NCBI GenBank assembly: GCA_002771565.1
Contig: PCTS01000034.1
Coordinates: 877 to 38,088, forward strand
DNA length: 37,212 bases
DNA from: Candidatus Campbellbacteria bacterium CG22_combo_CG10-13_8_21_14_all_43_18
Lineage (GTDB): Bacteria > Patescibacteriota > Minisyncoccia > Phycocordibacterales > GCA-002724975
Direction: 5' to 3'
The translations under genes were made by a program, and so were the position numbers. Each line of letters opens with the position of its first letter. Within the stretch, counting starts at the first letter, position 1. The notes beneath the pieces were generated by a model. The model was not told the DNA's origin. It made no database searches and saw only the letters and a list, made by a program, of their open reading frames with translations. This document shows positions 36,635 to 37,212 of this stretch, one piece after another.

Positions 36635-36669
36635 TGTGCCCAGCATTCTTGAAATAGCGCGAACCGTTT

Positions 36670-36910
36670 TCGCTCCTCGACAGGCTCGGGGCGAGGAAAG
36701 TCCGCCGCCTGCGCGGCCGAAGCCACTTCGGTGGGGCGAAGGCGCGCGAAAAATCCGAAATGCGACGCCTGCCCGCCGACCCGTCCTCCGAAGTCTTGAC
36801 GAAGGGGGAAGTCTCGTTGTGCACTTCCGAAGCCTCGTGCGGAGGAGTGGCGCAGGCGGCGAAGCCGCACCGACTTGTCCGTCCGAAGCTTTAGCGAAGG
36901 AGGATGACAA
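36670..36910. repeat. Cluster of GC-rich REP-like hairpins
   Basis: Four CCGAAG...CGRAGG hairpins (about 36717, 36784, 36822, 36875) plus one CCTCGACAGGCTCGGGG hairpin (36670-36694). Confidence 0.75.
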
Positions 36911-37030
36911 TTTCCCTCCCTCCCTCTTTAGGGGCTATGGCGGGCACGGCAAGTTTTTCTTTGGCGGCGAATAAATTGAGTTTGCGAAGCAAACACCAAA
37001 CGTATTGTATGAAAAATGGAGCAATAAATC

Positions 37031-37072
37031 AAAAAGAAATAGGGCCGCGTCGTTTTTACACAACGCGACCCT
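37031..37072 (-). terminator. Intrinsic terminator for a leftward gene entering from the window edge
   Basis: Minus strand reads AGGGTCGCGTTG-tgtaaaaa-CGACGCGGCCCT followed by ATTTCTTTTT. Confidence 0.7.
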
Positions 37073-37095
37073 TTGGAACCGAACAGCGAACACTA

Positions 37096-37212
37096 TCACC
37101 GATACTGCGGATGGGGCTGGAGGAGCGCACGGTGCGGAACCCACGCTGGATAGTGCACCCAGAGCGAGTTCGCGACGAGAACGCCGTCGGCATAGCCTTT
37201 GGCGACGCACGG
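37096..37212 (-). CDS. Possible 3' end of a gene truncated by the window edge
   Basis: Open frame ...PCVAKGYADGVLVANSLWVHYPAWVPHRALLQPHPQYR* ends about 24 nt before the terminator. Confidence 0.4.
   Translation of the reverse strand, partial: PCVAKGYADGVLVANSLWVHYPAWVPHRALLQPHPQYR

Noticed and set aside
36635..36910. Long N-terminal extension of the ProX-like ORF and overlapping ORFs 36576-36974
   Set aside because: The Arg/Pro/Ala-rich text arises from GC-rich hairpins; the recognisable domain starts at 36634.
36935..37212. tRNA or other RNA gene at the right end; track ORF 36935..37210
   Set aside because: No cloverleaf or T-loop motif was found, and the ORF runs through a terminator hairpin.

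Overview
Chromosomal window from a small-genome bacterium. Gene content, shortened housekeeping proteins and the absence of Shine-Dalgarno sites point to Patescibacteria/CPR, probably Parcubacteria (inference). It spans the replication-origin cluster jag-yidC-rnpA-rpmH <> dnaA-dnaN-ruvC-PBP1A, with comM, a LysM/M23 peptidase, pcrA, rsmA, ruvB, yebC, a PilB/GspE ATPase, tsaE, polA, a holA-like gene and a ProX-type editing gene. A ~12 kb co-directional type IV secretion-like cluster (VirB4, PrgI, VirB6-like, pilin, surface proteins) runs up to the origin region. The most unusual signal is an AT-rich Y1/HUH (RAYT-type) transposase between pcrA and rsmA. It is bracketed by, and also contains in frame, the perfect palindrome TTGAGAGGTC-C-GACCTCTCAA: four copies there (two read as LRGPTSQ in the protein, one supplying the stop codon) plus a fifth, distant copy behind a strong promoter. 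Other observations: further REP-like hairpin families, a 149-bp element with perfect 25-bp inverted ends, a 12-bp tandem repeat upstream of yebC, cysteine-free DksA/TraR and PilB, widespread leaderless promoter architecture, consensus DnaA boxes at non-origin promoters, and rpmH, which the ORF track misses. No rRNA, tRNA or CRISPR array was recognised.
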